From NCBI GenBank assembly GCA_964360855.1, contig CAYHXV010000001.1, positions 20,042 through 84,041 on the forward strand: a stretch of DNA of 64,000 nucleotides, written 5' to 3'. Source of the DNA: an uncultured Candidatus Saccharibacteria bacterium (GTDB lineage Bacteria; Patescibacteriota; Minisyncoccia; Phycocordibacterales; Phycocordibacteraceae). Positions 48,354 through 59,557 of this stretch are shown here, piece by piece. The notes below the pieces were generated by a model. It had not been told where the DNA came from. It searched no databases and worked only from the letters and a program-made list of their open reading frames with translations. The translations under genes and the position numbers were made by a program. Numbering within the stretch: the first letter of the stretch is position 1; each line of letters opens with the position of its first letter.

Positions 48354-51035
48354 CTAGGACGCAACCGCGTGAGGAACCTTCACCCGCACCTTTCGCGCAG
48401 TCTTCTGCACCTCGAATGTTGGTATCCCTGCTTTAAGCACCACCCGCACACTTCCCCCCTCCATAATCCCTTGCCCAACCATGAGGCTCGCTATGGGGGT
48501 CAGAATCTTGTCCTGAATAACGCGCTTCAAGGGACGAGCTCCGTACTGTGGGTTGTATCCCTTTTCTGCCAGCCAGGTCTTCACCTCGGGAGAAAGCTCA
48601 AGGGTGATGCGCTTAGAACTAAGGCGCGCAACCACTTCCTTCACCTGCTTCTCCACAATCTTCTCAAGTGCTTCCTTGCTCAAGACATCAAAGATAACGA
48701 TGTCGTCCAAACGATTCAGGAACTCAGGACGGAACTGCGCTTTGAGTGCTTGCATCACGCGCTCCTTGATTTGTTCCCGCTCGGCCTCCCCTTCGGCACT
48801 CGACGCGGCAAAACCAATACCGCTCAAGCGATCGATAAACTCAGAACCAATGTTACTGGTCAGCACAATGATGGTGTTCTTGAAGTTCACCTTGCGTCCC
48901 TTGCCGTCCGTGAGGTGTCCGGAGTCAAGAACCTGTAAGAGGATGTTGAATACCTCTGGGTGCGCCTTCTCTATTTCGTCAAACAACACCACCGCGTACG
49001 GTCGATGACGAATACGCTCGGTGAGTGTTCCTGCCTCTTCGTATCCCACATAGCCAGGAGGAGCGCCAATCAGCTTTGAAACTGAGTGCTTCTCCATGAA
49101 CTCAGACATATCCACCCGAACCAAAGCCTCGGGATCGTTAAACATAAACTCAGCTAATTTGCGCGAGAGTTCTGTCTTGCCAACACCCGTTGGCCCCATA
49201 AACAGGAAGGAGCCAATGGGGCGGTTTGGGTCACTAATGCCCACACGGGAGCGCTTCACCGCGTCCGTGATGGTTTGCACCGCAGGGTCCTGCCCAATTA
49301 CCGAAGCGCGGAGTTCTTCTTCCATACGCGCGAGCTTTGCTGCTTCTTCCTCAAGCATCTTGAGAACCGGAATACCTGTCCAGCGAGCAACCACTCCGGC
49401 AATCTCCTGCTCCGTTACTTCCTCGTGCAATACCCTGCGTGACTTCTGCAATGTCTTTAGACGCTTGCTCTTTATTTCGAGCTCCTTTTGGAGGGCAGGC
49501 ATTTGTCCATACCTAATCTCTGCGGCGGTACCAAGATCTGCAGTGGCTTCGGCATTGTCTGAGGCAACGCGCATTTTATCCAATTCGCCCTTCAGCGCAC
49601 GAATGCTTTCAATGACCTCCTTTTCATTGCGCCACTTGAGCTCAAGTTCGCTCGTCTTCTCTCGTAAGTCCGCAATCTCTGTATCAATAGCGCTAATACG
49701 CTCTCGAATCTCCTTCCCGCTCTCTCCCTCTTCGTCCTTCTTTAAGGCTTCGCGCTCAATTTCAAGCCGACGAATCCTTCTATCTGTCTCTTCAAGAGCA
49801 GGAGGCTTGTTCTCTAGTGCAATGCGCAACCCTGAAGCGGCTTCATCAATAAGGTCGATTGCTTTATCCGGGAGAAACCTGTCGGTGATATAGCGACTCG
49901 AGAGGTCAACCGCCGCAACAAGCGCGCCGTCCGTAATGCGGACTCCATGGAAGAGTTCATACCGGTCGCGCAGCCCCCGCAGAATTGCCACCGCATCCTC
50001 AATTGAAGGCTCATTTACATACACCGGCTGGAACCTGCGCGTGAGCGCACCATCTTTCTCAATGTGCTGCTGGTATTCCTTCAGGGTAGTGGCTCCAATC
50101 ATACGAATTTCCCCTCGGGAAAGTGCGGGCTTCAGCATGTTGCTCGCGTCCAGTGCGCCATCTGCGCTTCCGGCTCCCACAATGGTATGTAGCTCGTCCA
50201 CAAAGAGAATCACCTTGCCTTCGGAGCGCTCCACCTCCTTCATCACATTCTTCATACGCTCCTCAAATTCCCCACGGTACTTGGTACCTGCAACCATCAT
50301 TCCCAAATCAAGGGAGAGAAGCTCCTTACCCTTTAGAGACTCTGGTACGTCCCCACTCGCAATGCGTGCAGCGAGTCCTTCAGCAACGGTGGTCTTGCCC
50401 GTTCCTGGCTCTCCAATCAGTACGGGATTGTTCTTGGTTCTGCGAGACAATATTTGAATCACCCGATGAATCTCCTGATCGCGGCCAATAACTGGGTCTA
50501 ACACGTTATCCGCCGCAAGTTTGGTCAGGTTGCGGGTGAATTTGGCGAGGGCACGAAACTTCTTTTCTCCAGTTGCCTGCCCATCCTTAGAATTTTTCAG
50601 TTCTTTCAAAACATTCATGACCGTATCCACATCAATTTTGAATTGTTTCAATATCTCATCCGCAGGGCCCGGATGTTCAATACTCGCAACAAACAAGTGC
50701 TCGGTGCCCACGAATGAATCATTCATACGGGCGGCGACTTTAGCTGCTGCTTCAAGAGCAGCTGCAAGCTCAGGGGTCAGATACAAATTATAGGAAGGAG
50801 AAAGGGTACTCGAGCTTTCCGGCATCTCAAGAGACTCAAGTATGGTGTCTGCCAGAAGCAACGTATCAACATTCATATGATCAAGCACGGAGAACACGAG
50901 ACTTTCCTCCTGATATATAAGGGCAGCCAGCAAGTGAAGCGGGCTCACATGATTTTGTCCACGCTCAATAGCAAGCTCGTGCGATTTCTTTATCGCTTCT
51001 TTGGCCTTGGTAGTGAAGTTTTTGAAAGGGGGCAT
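48354..51035 (-). CDS. clpB: ATP-dependent chaperone ClpB
   Basis: Two AAA+ domains ([16 protein letters not shown]), long M-domain with AAEIRYG. Confidence 0.93.
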   Translation of the reverse strand: MPPFKNFTTKAKEAIKKSHELAIERGQNHVSPLHLLAALIYQEESLVFSVLDHMNVDTLLLADTILESLEMPESSSTLSPSYNLYLTPELAAALEAAAKVAARMNDSFVGTEHLFVASIEHPGPADEILKQFKIDVDTVMNVLKELKNSKDGQATGEKKFRALAKFTRNLTKLAADNVLDPVIGRDQEIHRVIQILSRRTKNNPVLIGEPGTGKTTVAEGLAARIASGDVPESLKGKELLSLDLGMMVAGTKYRGEFEERMKNVMKEVERSEGKVILFVDELHTIVGAGSADGALDASNMLKPALSRGEIRMIGATTLKEYQQHIEKDGALTRRFQPVYVNEPSIEDAVAILRGLRDRYELFHGVRITDGALVAAVDLSSRYITDRFLPDKAIDLIDEAASGLRIALENKPPALEETDRRIRRLEIEREALKKDEEGESGKEIRERISAIDTEIADLREKTSELELKWRNEKEVIESIRALKGELDKMRVASDNAEATADLGTAAEIRYGQMPALQKELEIKSKRLKTLQKSRRVLHEEVTEQEIAGVVARWTGIPVLKMLEEEAAKLARMEEELRASVIGQDPAVQTITDAVKRSRVGISDPNRPIGSFLFMGPTGVGKTELSRKLAEFMFNDPEALVRVDMSEFMEKHSVSKLIGAPPGYVGYEEAGTLTERIRHRPYAVVLFDEIEKAHPEVFNILLQVLDSGHLTDGKGRKVNFKNTIIVLTSNIGSEFIDRLSGIGFAASSAEGEAEREQIKERVMQALKAQFRPEFLNRLDDIVIFDVLSKEALEKIVEKQVKEVVARLSSKRITLELSPEVKTWLAEKGYNPQYGARPLKRVIQDKILTPIASLMVGQGIMEGGSVRVVLKAGIPTFEVQKTARKVRVKVPHAVAS

Positions 51036-51081
51036 AGAGAAGGTGAGCTACGCTAGTAATGACGCTATCGGCGCCTCCTCC

Positions 51082-51837
51082 TTACTTGGCAGGTGAGGAG
51101 GTTGCGGAAAGGAGGGTGAGGATCTTATCACTAGAGGCGATGAGTCCCGGAACTCCGGTGGCAATACCGATCAAGTCCCCTGAAATGTTTACCACACCAG
51201 CGCCAGCAGGAACACCGGGCAAATCGGCATGCACGCCGTCCGCATCAACCTTGGAAATAATGGCGGTGGTGGCGCTGCCATCACGCGTAATACCAACTGC
51301 GGTCTGTCCTTGTTTAAGTGCTGCACTCTTTACTAAGTCCGGAGAACCAATACTCGGTAGTTTTGCTGAATCAGCAAATCCATAAATGGTGAGAGTTGCG
51401 CCTGCGCGCGAAACAGAAGCGGGTACGCCAACACCTCCAGGGAATACAATGATCGCTTCCTTAGGAAGTCCCACACCCGTTGCCGTTACCACCGCGCGTG
51501 CTTTAGGGATATAGGTTGCCGTTGCAATAGCCGGAGTGGAAGTGCTCTGATTGTATATGTACACGGTGCGTGCGGCATTGGCGCCAATTGCGGCCGCAAG
51601 CAAATCTTCGTCCTTAATAACTACGGTTGTTTGCTTGGTGACAATACCCGGAATCTGGGTAGTCTGCGCAGCACTTTCCACCGTACGCTCGACGATGTGG
51701 TTAATGGTTTGCGTTACCGTTGGAGGAGCCTGATCGAGTAGAGAAACGGTAAGCACCGCGGTAGCAATCGCCGTGACGAAGTTCACCAGGATGGTGAGGA
51801 GGAGGAGTTGTGTTTTGTTTAGGTCTTCAATATCCAT
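51082..51837 (-). CDS. Membrane-anchored degenerate trypsin/HtrA-like protein
   Basis: N-terminal TM; trypsin-like layout, catalytic His/Ser motifs not seen. Confidence 0.6.
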   Translation of the reverse strand: MDIEDLNKTQLLLLTILVNFVTAIATAVLTVSLLDQAPPTVTQTINHIVERTVESAAQTTQIPGIVTKQTTVVIKDEDLLAAAIGANAARTVYIYNQSTSTPAIATATYIPKARAVVTATGVGLPKEAIIVFPGGVGVPASVSRAGATLTIYGFADSAKLPSIGSPDLVKSAALKQGQTAVGITRDGSATTAIISKVDADGVHADLPGVPAGAGVVNISGDLIGIATGVPGLIASSDKILTLLSATSSPAK

Positions 51838-51839
51838 GG

Positions 51840-53006
51840 CTAGAGTATACCAGTGCTGTCCAGAAACTTCACCGCCGCAACCACTGCGTGTGCAGCTCGA
51901 GTAATCTCACTCTCGGAGGTTGTTGGTCCCCAAGAAATTCGGAGCGTGGTGCGGGCGCGTTCCTCGTCTCCCGTCAAACCAAGTACTGCGCGAGACCCCT
52001 CTTCATTTGTCTCACAACTACTACGCGTAGAGACCGCAACCCTCGCCTTGTCGAGTAGAGCGACCAAGTAATCAGTGTCGCGCCCTAGGAGAGAAATATT
52101 TAGAATGTGTGGCGTTTGTTCCTTCCCTTCGTTCACCACAAGTCGAGGTATCGAAGCAACTATAGCAAGAAATGTCGCGCGAAACTCCTGAGCACGAGTG
52201 AGGAATGATTCTCGTGACTCGTGTGCTTCTTGAAGCGCAGCAGCAAAAGCACTTGCGAGTGCTGATGATGGAGTTCCCGAGCGCAGCCCTCGCTCTTGTC
52301 CACCACCCGCATACAGTGGAGCGAGTGGCACCCGACGAGGTGCTATGAGTGCACCAATCCCTCGCACACCACCCACCTTCTGTGCATCAAGGGTGAGCAT
52401 ATCGGCCCCAAGGCGGGTGAGTTCAAAGGGAGCCACAAACGGGAGCTGGCTTGCGTCCACAAACAGGACTACCCCTTCGTGTACTCTATCGAGTACACGC
52501 CGAATGTCTCGCACCGGAGTGATAGCCCCCGTCTCGCCGCAGACCGCAGACACTGCGACGAGTACGGTGTTTGTGCGAATTTGCGTTGCGAGTGCGTTTA
52601 GATCAAGTTCTCCATCTTTGTATATAAGGGCTTCAGTCTGTACACCTTCTGTACGAAGCCTGTCTATGTTCTTTGTGACGGAGCTGTGTGCGCCTTGTGT
52701 GTACAGGACATGCAGGTCTTCATAGGGTCTCCCTAGAGCTTTGATATGCCCAAGAAGCCCAAGAGCGTTTGCTTCGGTTGCAGAGCCCGTGAATATAACC
52801 GCCTCCGTTTTCACTTCAGCACATGTGGCAATAGTGGCTCGAGCTTGCTCTAGTACCTCTCGAGCCTGCCTACCTTCCTCGTGTACAGAGCCAGGATTGC
52901 CATATAGGTGTGCGCACACTTCGAAAGCTCGCTGAGCCTTTGGGGAGACTGGGGCTGCGGCAGCCCAGTCTAGATAGACCCTCGATTTCTGAAGAAATGA
53001 AAACAT
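51840..53006 (-). CDS. iscS: Cysteine desulfurase, IscS/NifS family
   Basis: YLDWAA, GNPGSVH, FTGSATEAN, DAQK, GGGQERGLRSGT, STRSSC. Confidence 0.85.
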   Translation of the reverse strand: MFSFLQKSRVYLDWAAAAPVSPKAQRAFEVCAHLYGNPGSVHEEGRQAREVLEQARATIATCAEVKTEAVIFTGSATEANALGLLGHIKALGRPYEDLHVLYTQGAHSSVTKNIDRLRTEGVQTEALIYKDGELDLNALATQIRTNTVLVAVSAVCGETGAITPVRDIRRVLDRVHEGVVLFVDASQLPFVAPFELTRLGADMLTLDAQKVGGVRGIGALIAPRRVPLAPLYAGGGQERGLRSGTPSSALASAFAAALQEAHESRESFLTRAQEFRATFLAIVASIPRLVVNEGKEQTPHILNISLLGRDTDYLVALLDKARVAVSTRSSCETNEEGSRAVLGLTGDEERARTTLRISWGPTTSESEITRAAHAVVAAVKFLDSTGIL

Positions 53007-53087
53007 AGGTAAAGCCTAGGCTACTTTTCTTTTTGAAGCAATCCAATTAATTGAAAACCCCTTAGTTTGTGATATAATCCCGAAATT

Positions 53088-54569
53088 ATGGCTTCTACTC
53101 CCCGCCCGCCCATTGTTGCTGTTATGGGACATATCGACCACGGAAAGTCGTCTCTTCTCGACTATATCCGCAAGGCAAACGTCACCGAAGGCGAAGCGGG
53201 TGGTATTACCCAGCATGTGTCGGCCTACGAAGCGGAACATGAACACGAAGGTACCGCTCGCAAGATTACTTTCCTCGACACTCCCGGACACGAGGCGTTC
53301 CGCGCACTTCGTGCACGCGGTGCCCAGGCAGCAGACGTGGCAATTTTGGTAGTGGCAGCAGACGATGGGGTGAAGCCCCAGACGCTTGAGGCATACGAGG
53401 CTATTCAGGAAGCGGGTACCCCGTTTGTGGTCGCATTCACCAAGATTGATAAGAACGGTGCTGATGTTGAGAAGGCAAAGTATGCCGTTCTTGAACACGG
53501 CATCTACTTGGAAGGACTGGGCGGTTCTATTTCATACGTTGGCGTATCTTCAGAGACGGGAGAGGGTATTCCCGAGCTTCTTGATTTGGTGCTCCTCACC
53601 GCAGACATGGCGGAACTCACCACCGATCCTTCTCTCCCGGCCTCTGGCTTCGTTTTGGAGTCTTCCCAAGACCCCAAGCAAGGCACCACCGCCACACTCA
53701 TTCTAAAAGACGGTACGCTTAGTCTAGGAAATGTCGTGGTGGCAGGAAGCGCTATGGTGCCCGTGCGTTTCATCGAGAACTTTGCGGGAAAGCGCATTGA
53801 TACTGCTACCGCTTCGCAACCTATTCGTGTTGCCGGCTGGAATGTGTTGCCTCCCTCGGGAACTCCCTTTGTGTCCACTAATTCAAAGAAGGAAGCGGAG
53901 AAGCTTGTGGCGACCCCTGAGCGTCCTTCACTTCGTTTGAGTACTCTGACTGCTGAGGAGAAAGACAAGACGCTGCTCCCCCTCATCATAAAGGCAGACG
54001 CCTCCGGCAGTATTGCCGCTATCAAGCACGAGCTGGATAAGATAACGCACGATCGGGTGATTGTGCGAATCATTTCTGAAGGACTGGGGAGTGTTTCTGA
54101 GAGCGACGTGAAGACGGCGCAAGCAGGGGGGGCCGTCATCATTGCTTTCACGGTGAGCACAGACAACTCGGCACGTGAACTTGCTGAGCGTGCAGGAATT
54201 GCTATCGAAACCTTCTCCATTATTTATGACTTGGCCGAACGCATTTCAGCACTCGTAAAGGAACGTTCCCCGCGCATGATGGAAGAAGAGATTCTTGGGG
54301 CCGCTAAGATTTTGAAGGTATTCAGTGTAGCGGGCGTGAAGCACGTACTCGGTGCTCGCTGGGAGCAAGGTGCTCTCACTGTGGGTGACATGGTGAAGGT
54401 GGACCGTCGGGGTATTCCCCTCGGAAATATGAAGCTCACCAACCTTCAGCAGGTCCGTCAGGACGTGAGGGAAATACACGTGGAGGGTGAGTTTGGGTTG
54501 CAGCTTGAAGGTAAGGTTGAGATTGCTGCGGGAGACACCATTCAAACCTTCACCATGACAGAAAAATAA
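53088..54569 (+). CDS. infB: Translation initiation factor IF-2 (lacks N-terminal domains)
   Basis: [32 protein letters not shown]. Confidence 0.96.
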   Translation: MASTPRPPIVAVMGHIDHGKSSLLDYIRKANVTEGEAGGITQHVSAYEAEHEHEGTARKITFLDTPGHEAFRALRARGAQAADVAILVVAADDGVKPQTLEAYEAIQEAGTPFVVAFTKIDKNGADVEKAKYAVLEHGIYLEGLGGSISYVGVSSETGEGIPELLDLVLLTADMAELTTDPSLPASGFVLESSQDPKQGTTATLILKDGTLSLGNVVVAGSAMVPVRFIENFAGKRIDTATASQPIRVAGWNVLPPSGTPFVSTNSKKEAEKLVATPERPSLRLSTLTAEEKDKTLLPLIIKADASGSIAAIKHELDKITHDRVIVRIISEGLGSVSESDVKTAQAGGAVIIAFTVSTDNSARELAERAGIAIETFSIIYDLAERISALVKERSPRMMEEEILGAAKILKVFSVAGVKHVLGARWEQGALTVGDMVKVDRRGIPLGNMKLTNLQQVRQDVREIHVEGEFGLQLEGKVEIAAGDTIQTFTMTEK

Positions 54570-54570
54570 T

Positions 54571-54918
54571 ATGAGTATCCGAGACAATCGCATTAGTATT
54601 CAGCTCATGGAGCAGGCGGGTGCATATATTGCACGCGAGGCAGGGAGAAGTACCCTCATCACCCCTACGCGTGTGGCGCTCTCGAAGGATGGAAAAGACG
54701 CCACGATATTTGTGAGCGTGTACCCCACCACCGATACCGATAACGCACTTGCCTTCTTGCTTCGGCACAAGGACCTATTCCGAAATAGTTTGCGCAAGAG
54801 TACGCGTATTGGGCGCATTCCTTATATCCGCTTTGAGTTTGATCAGGGAGAGGCGAATCGCCAGCACATAGACGATATTTCGCGAGAAATCACAGGAGGA
54901 GCTAATCCGGAAGCGTAG
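54571..54918 (+). CDS. rbfA: Ribosome-binding factor A
   Basis: Directly after infB; LITPTRVALSKD..A.IFVS..IPYIRFEFD. Confidence 0.85.
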   Translation: MSIRDNRISIQLMEQAGAYIAREAGRSTLITPTRVALSKDGKDATIFVSVYPTTDTDNALAFLLRHKDLFRNSLRKSTRIGRIPYIRFEFDQGEANRQHIDDISREITGGANPEA

Positions 54919-55150
54919 CTCCGGTGTGAACGGCCAGTGACTTTATCTGACGCGTGTGTCGCGCGATCGCTACGGCTCCAGCCGCATGTTCTTCAAGGCT
55001 TGCAGAGATAAGTCCGGTTAGTCCATCTATCTTCACTCCTATAGAATCAATTTTGTCGTGGAGCTCGCCGACCTCAAGTGTAAGGTCTGCGAGTGCTTCT
55101 TTGGTGGCAAAGACGCCCTTGAGTTTCGTAATATCCTGATCCGTAATCAT
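54902..55150 (-). CDS. Small coiled-coil hypothetical protein
   Basis: MITDQDITKLKGVFATK...; -10-like TATCAT 7 nt upstream. Confidence 0.65.
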   Translation of the reverse strand: MITDQDITKLKGVFATKEALADLTLEVGELHDKIDSIGVKIDGLTGLISASLEEHAAGAVAIARHTRQIKSLAVHTGATLPD

Positions 55151-55176
55151 CGGGAATATGATAGCATGCGAATATT

Positions 55177-55248
55177 GGCCCAGTGGTGAAGCAGAAACAC
55201 GACTGATTGCAAACCAGTTATGCGCGGGTGCGATTCCCGCCTGGGCCT
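55177..55248 (+). tRNA. tRNA-Cys(GCA)
   Basis: Cloverleaf, anticodon loop TTGCAAA, U73 discriminator. Confidence 0.88.
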
Positions 55249-55276
55249 CAAACAAGTGTGGTATCTTCCTCTTTAG

Positions 55277-55362
55277 GCTGGGGTGATGGAATGGTAGACA
55301 TAGAGGACTTAAACTCCTCAGGCAGCAATGCCGTGCGGGTTCAAGTCCCGCCCCCAGCACCA
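55277..55362 (+). tRNA. tRNA-Leu(UAA)
   Basis: Type II cloverleaf, anticodon loop CTTAAAC, encoded CCA. Confidence 0.93.
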
Positions 55363-55368
55363 ATAGCT

Positions 55369-56517
55369 ATGAATATTTTAGATAAGTTGCGTTTTAAGTT
55401 TTCCTCCAACAAACCCCTCATCGAGGTGGGTATTTCAAAGTCTGCACTCTTGCACAATCTCCACACGTATCAGAAGGCATTCCCGGAACTTCAGATTGCA
55501 CCCGTACTGAAAAGTAACGCCTATGGGCACGACCTTGGTCTCGTAGCGCGTCTCTTGGATCGAGAGAACATTGCGTTCTTCATGGTTGACTCGCTATACG
55601 AGGCGAGACGGCTTAGAAGTGCTGGAGCAGGCTCACGCATAATGGTGATGGGGTATGTACGTCCTGAGGAGATGGCCGCTTCGCGACTTTCACGAGTGGA
55701 CTTTGCCATAACGGACATTGACCAGGTGCGTGCCCTTCTCTTGCTCGCCCATACTCCTATCCGGGTTCATTTGAAGATTGATACGGGTATGCACCGCCAG
55801 GGCATTCCTCTCAGTCTGCTTTCGGAGACCGTGGCATTGTTGAAGCAGAATTCCAACCTGATAGTGGCGGGTGTGTGTTCGCACTTCGCAGACGCGGACA
55901 CCGCCAATTCAACACACACGAACCTCCAGCTCACCCACTGGAAAACGGCTCTTGCACTCTGCATGCTCGAGTTCCCTTCCATTGAGTACCGCCACTTTGG
56001 GGCCACCAAGGGCATGCGCTTCGCAAAAGAAGCAAATACGAATGTTGCACGATTGGGTATTGGTCTCTATGGGTTTGATACGGCTCCTGAGCACGATACA
56101 ACACTAGAACCGGTCCTCGAAATGCGCTCCCTTATTGGTGAGCTTCGAGTGGTGCCCAAGGGAGATTCGGTGGGATACAACGCAACACACACCACTGTTC
56201 GGGAGACGCGTGTGGGAACCGTCCCTGCGGGGTACTTTGAAGGAATTGATCGTCGGCTCTCAAACAACGGCACGGTACAAGTGCGGGGAGTTGCCTGTCC
56301 CATCATTGGACGCGTCTCCATGAATATGACCACCATAGACGTTACCGATATTCCCGATGTTGCGGTTGGAGACCCGGTGACGCTCATTAGTCGCAATCTG
56401 GAAGCGCCGAACTCAGTGCCCAGCATCGCACGAAGCGTGAGCACGGACGCATATCGAGAGAGTGAGTATGTGGTGCTTGTCCACATACCCCAGCACCTGA
56501 AGCGGGTACTTGAATAA
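55369..56517 (+). CDS. alr: Alanine racemase
   Basis: VLKSNAYGH, HLKIDTGMHR, SHFADAD, VGYN, GRVSM. Confidence 0.95.
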   Translation: MNILDKLRFKFSSNKPLIEVGISKSALLHNLHTYQKAFPELQIAPVLKSNAYGHDLGLVARLLDRENIAFFMVDSLYEARRLRSAGAGSRIMVMGYVRPEEMAASRLSRVDFAITDIDQVRALLLLAHTPIRVHLKIDTGMHRQGIPLSLLSETVALLKQNSNLIVAGVCSHFADADTANSTHTNLQLTHWKTALALCMLEFPSIEYRHFGATKGMRFAKEANTNVARLGIGLYGFDTAPEHDTTLEPVLEMRSLIGELRVVPKGDSVGYNATHTTVRETRVGTVPAGYFEGIDRRLSNNGTVQVRGVACPIIGRVSMNMTTIDVTDIPDVAVGDPVTLISRNLEAPNSVPSIARSVSTDAYRESEYVVLVHIPQHLKRVLE

Positions 56518-56569
56518 GTCCCTTCTTTTGTATATGATTCGTTCAATCCACTCTGGTGGATAGTTGTTT

Positions 56570-56642
56570 GCGCCCTTAGCTCAGTTGGTAGAGCAACTCC
56601 CTCTTAAGGAGATGGTCCCTGGTTCGAATCCAGGAGGGCGCA
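56570..56642 (+). tRNA. tRNA-Lys(CUU)
   Basis: Cloverleaf, anticodon loop CTCTTAA. Confidence 0.93.
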
Positions 56643-56683
56643 CACTCGCTTCGTCGATTCTCTTGGTGTACAGTATTCATATT

Positions 56684-56765
56684 GCCCGGGTGGTGAAATT
56701 GGTATACACGCTTGCCTTAGGAGCAGGTCCCTTCGGGGGTGGAGGTTCAAGTCCTCTCCCGGGCA
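56684..56765 (+). tRNA. tRNA-Leu(UAG)
   Basis: Type II cloverleaf, anticodon loop CTTAGGA. Confidence 0.93.
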
Positions 56766-56881
56766 CACACACTTGACTTTTAGTATTATTTCGTGGTATA
56801 CTGTATTCAGACCCTAGCTCCTTGAAAGCATCAAGGTGCGGGTATTCATCAACCGGAACATAGGCCAAGGAGGCCACCTCG

Positions 56882-57964
56882 ATGTCCCTACTCACCACGA
56901 CTATGATTGCGGGTGGCGTTGCGCTTGGAGCCTACTTCGGTGGTCCCTTCGCTCTCGTCCCGCTCGCAAACAACGATACCTTCGTTACCTACATCTCTCC
57001 CGGAGACGGGAAAATGATTCTGAAGGGTGGCGAATTCCATGACTTCTTTATCTCGCTACCAGGTTCTCACCTGAATCGTCCTGGCGCCAGCTACTACGAA
57101 AAGAAGGAGCGGCCGTGGGAAATCCTCCCCAACGCTCCGGGCACCATTGACGACGACTACGATGAGCGTCCAGCGTGGATGAAGACGTTCGGCTACTTCC
57201 CCGTCGGCATTCCGTTCCAACGGAGCGTGAACGAGGAGGTGTTCGAGTGGAAGGAAGAGTCCGGCGGACAAATCATTCCTCGCCGGGAGCTAACGCGTAA
57301 ATTCAAGGTGAATGCCTTCCCGTATGTCATCGTGCAAACGGAAGTCATTTCGCGAGACGGACTCCCCCTACGGCTGACATACATCGTCGGCCTGCGTATC
57401 ATCAATCCACACAAGGCTTTGATCGAAACCGAGGATTGGTTGGTTCAGCTCGAGGCCGCAATCCAACAAGCTGTTCGCAACTGGGCAGCTGGATTCAAGT
57501 TCATGGAGCTCATCTCCCAGACTGATGCTCGCGGCAGTAAAGCCAGAATGAAGGAAAACTTCGAACTAGAAGTGTGCAAGCTTAGCAATGAGATGCGCAT
57601 CAGGTTCGGCGTTGCTGTCGAGACCGCGGACCTGAAGGCTCCCATGCCTGAAGGCCCGAAAGCCCAAGCCCATCTGGACAGTATCGCTGCCCCCTTCGCT
57701 GCCAAGCAAGCCGCGGAGGTGAAAGTGATAGACGCCACTGCGCAAGCGGCGGCCGAGGAAGCGGTTGGGATGGTCAAGGCCAAGGTCGACAAAGCTTTAG
57801 CCGAGGCCGCTGTGGCGGGCGAGGTTGCCCGCTACAAAGCAGCTGAAGAAAACAAGGAAGGCGCATCTGTTGTTATCGCTGGCGAAGCGCTTAAGGGCGC
57901 AACAGTATTTGCGATGCCAGCGGGTGTATCAAAGCTTGTCGACAAGCTGGGCGAAAAACTCTAA
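56882..57964 (+). CDS. SPFH/band-7 domain membrane protein
   Basis: AAGGAGG RBS; N-terminal TM, ISRDG..RIINPHKAL..AVRN..FGVAV core, Ala/Glu coiled tail. Confidence 0.7.
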   Translation: MSLLTTTMIAGGVALGAYFGGPFALVPLANNDTFVTYISPGDGKMILKGGEFHDFFISLPGSHLNRPGASYYEKKERPWEILPNAPGTIDDDYDERPAWMKTFGYFPVGIPFQRSVNEEVFEWKEESGGQIIPRRELTRKFKVNAFPYVIVQTEVISRDGLPLRLTYIVGLRIINPHKALIETEDWLVQLEAAIQQAVRNWAAGFKFMELISQTDARGSKARMKENFELEVCKLSNEMRIRFGVAVETADLKAPMPEGPKAQAHLDSIAAPFAAKQAAEVKVIDATAQAAAEEAVGMVKAKVDKALAEAAVAGEVARYKAAEENKEGASVVIAGEALKGATVFAMPAGVSKLVDKLGEKL

Positions 57965-57977
57965 GGGAGCTGAAGGA

Positions 57978-58739
57978 ATGACTCGTAGGAAGAAAACTAT
58001 CCTTCAGAGAATTCCTCTGGGGGTGAAGCTGCTGATTGGACTCATCATCCTGTCATTTGTAATCGCGATGATGGGTAAGTCCTCGGCTCCGGTGGAAACC
58101 GGTCTCTGGATCTTCACCATCATCCTTGTAGTGAGCGCAGTAGTGCTGATTCTCGTTGCTCTCTTCGTCTCCTATCGAAAGAAGGGGGAACAAAAAAGAG
58201 CACGTGACGAGCGCGTTCAAGAAGTGGATACCAACGCGGATAAGGCTCATACGCCACCCCCAACCGCTCCACCGGCTCCGGCCGGTGGGCACACCAGCAA
58301 GAGTGGGGGTCTGCTTCGCTTCTCCTTCAACCTTCTGGTCCTCGGTCTCGTGTGCCTCGTGCTGTGGTTCTTCGGAACCCTAGTATACCGGTACATTGGT
58401 CTCGGAGAGGCTCCGGCACTGCGCACACAAAACTCCGGTTTCGTGGCGCAGAGTCCTCGCATACGCCCCTCCCAACCCACTTGGACCTCTGTCAGTGCCC
58501 CAAGCACTGGTTGGCTCGTGGTATCGGTTCTTCCGGGGCACACCCTCTCACACTGCGACCAGGCCACAAGCCTGGTGCGTTGTGCGGCGGCAGACCCCGT
58601 TGGATACCGAGCCAAGTGCACGGACGAACAAGGGCACGACCATCTATGGCCAGAATCCTGCACGAAGACCACCTTCATGTCCTTTCAATCGAAAACGGGT
58701 CAATCAGCCCCCATTCGTCTGAAAGACAATGAACCTTGA
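57978..58739 (+). CDS. Three-TM protein with Pro-rich linker and Cys-containing C-terminal domain
   Basis: Operonic with the SPFH gene; followed by hairpin at 58761-58793. Confidence 0.7.
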   Translation: MTRRKKTILQRIPLGVKLLIGLIILSFVIAMMGKSSAPVETGLWIFTIILVVSAVVLILVALFVSYRKKGEQKRARDERVQEVDTNADKAHTPPPTAPPAPAGGHTSKSGGLLRFSFNLLVLGLVCLVLWFFGTLVYRYIGLGEAPALRTQNSGFVAQSPRIRPSQPTWTSVSAPSTGWLVVSVLPGHTLSHCDQATSLVRCAAADPVGYRAKCTDEQGHDHLWPESCTKTTFMSFQSKTGQSAPIRLKDNEP

Positions 58740-58797
58740 TGCACTTGCGCTCTGCGCACACCGCTCTCCCTTCCACAAGGAGAGCGGTTTTTCATGT

Positions 58798-59043
58798 CTA
58801 GGGTGCGCCCACCGTCTGCTTAATAACCGCAATGATGGCATTGGCACCAAATAAAATAACGAGTCCAATGATGCCCCACAACATATGCTGCTGCCCCACC
58901 TTTCGTTTCTCATCATTATCGGCTCCTGCAATAAACTGCACCACCCCCCATGCAAAAAGCACGAATGCAGAAAGCGACAAGAGAACAACGATAGGCATCA
59001 GTATCGCCAATTCTATTTTGGTGAGAAATTGTTGGTATGTCAT
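58798..59043 (-). CDS. VirB2/TrbC-like pilin
   Basis: FAWGVVQFI..EKRKVGQQHMLWGIIGL. Confidence 0.8.
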   Translation of the reverse strand: MTYQQFLTKIELAILMPIVVLLSLSAFVLFAWGVVQFIAGADNDEKRKVGQQHMLWGIIGLVILFGANAIIAVIKQTVGAP

Positions 59044-59110
59044 AGGTATATTCTAGCAAACGACCGCACCAAAAAGCGCGGTCGTCCACAGAGAAACTCG
59101 GTTTTCACTC

Positions 59111-59473
59111 CTATCGATTCACATTCGTTGGTGCCGTTGGGTAACTTGGTGTGCGGCTATTTAGATTAACCGAACCGGTAAGGATACTCACCAATCCCCA
59201 TACCGATACCATCACAAAGAACCCAATGAGTCCGTAGAGCATAAGTGCTCTACCTTTCTCTTTTGCTGCCTCATCATTGGCACCAATAATGAACACTTGG
59301 AACACGCCCCAAATGAACACAATAAACGCAAGAGCAAATACCACCGGCACTGCAACAGTGTTGATAAGACCAATTATAAAGGCACCGACATCCTGAACAC
59401 TTCCAACTGTAGTCTGGGCTGCCGCAAGAAATGGCAACGCAAGCAAGGCACCAATAAATCCGAGTTTCTTCAT
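59111..59473 (-). CDS. VirB2/TrbC-like pilin
   Basis: Signal peptide; FIWGV..KEKGRALMLYGLIG. Confidence 0.82.
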   Translation of the reverse strand: MKKLGFIGALLALPFLAAAQTTVGSVQDVGAFIIGLINTVAVPVVFALAFIVFIWGVFQVFIIGANDEAAKEKGRALMLYGLIGFFVMVSVWGLVSILTGSVNLNSRTPSYPTAPTNVNR

Positions 59474-59557
59474 AGAGAATAGTTAGCTAGATACCTCTAT
59501 AGGATAGACCAGCTGTGGTAAGCGTCAATAGAGTAATGCGTGTACTGGGGAAAACTG

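Noticed and set aside
55207-55368. N-terminal extension of alr in the ORF track
   Set aside because: It runs through tRNA-Cys and tRNA-Leu; the real start is ATG 55369
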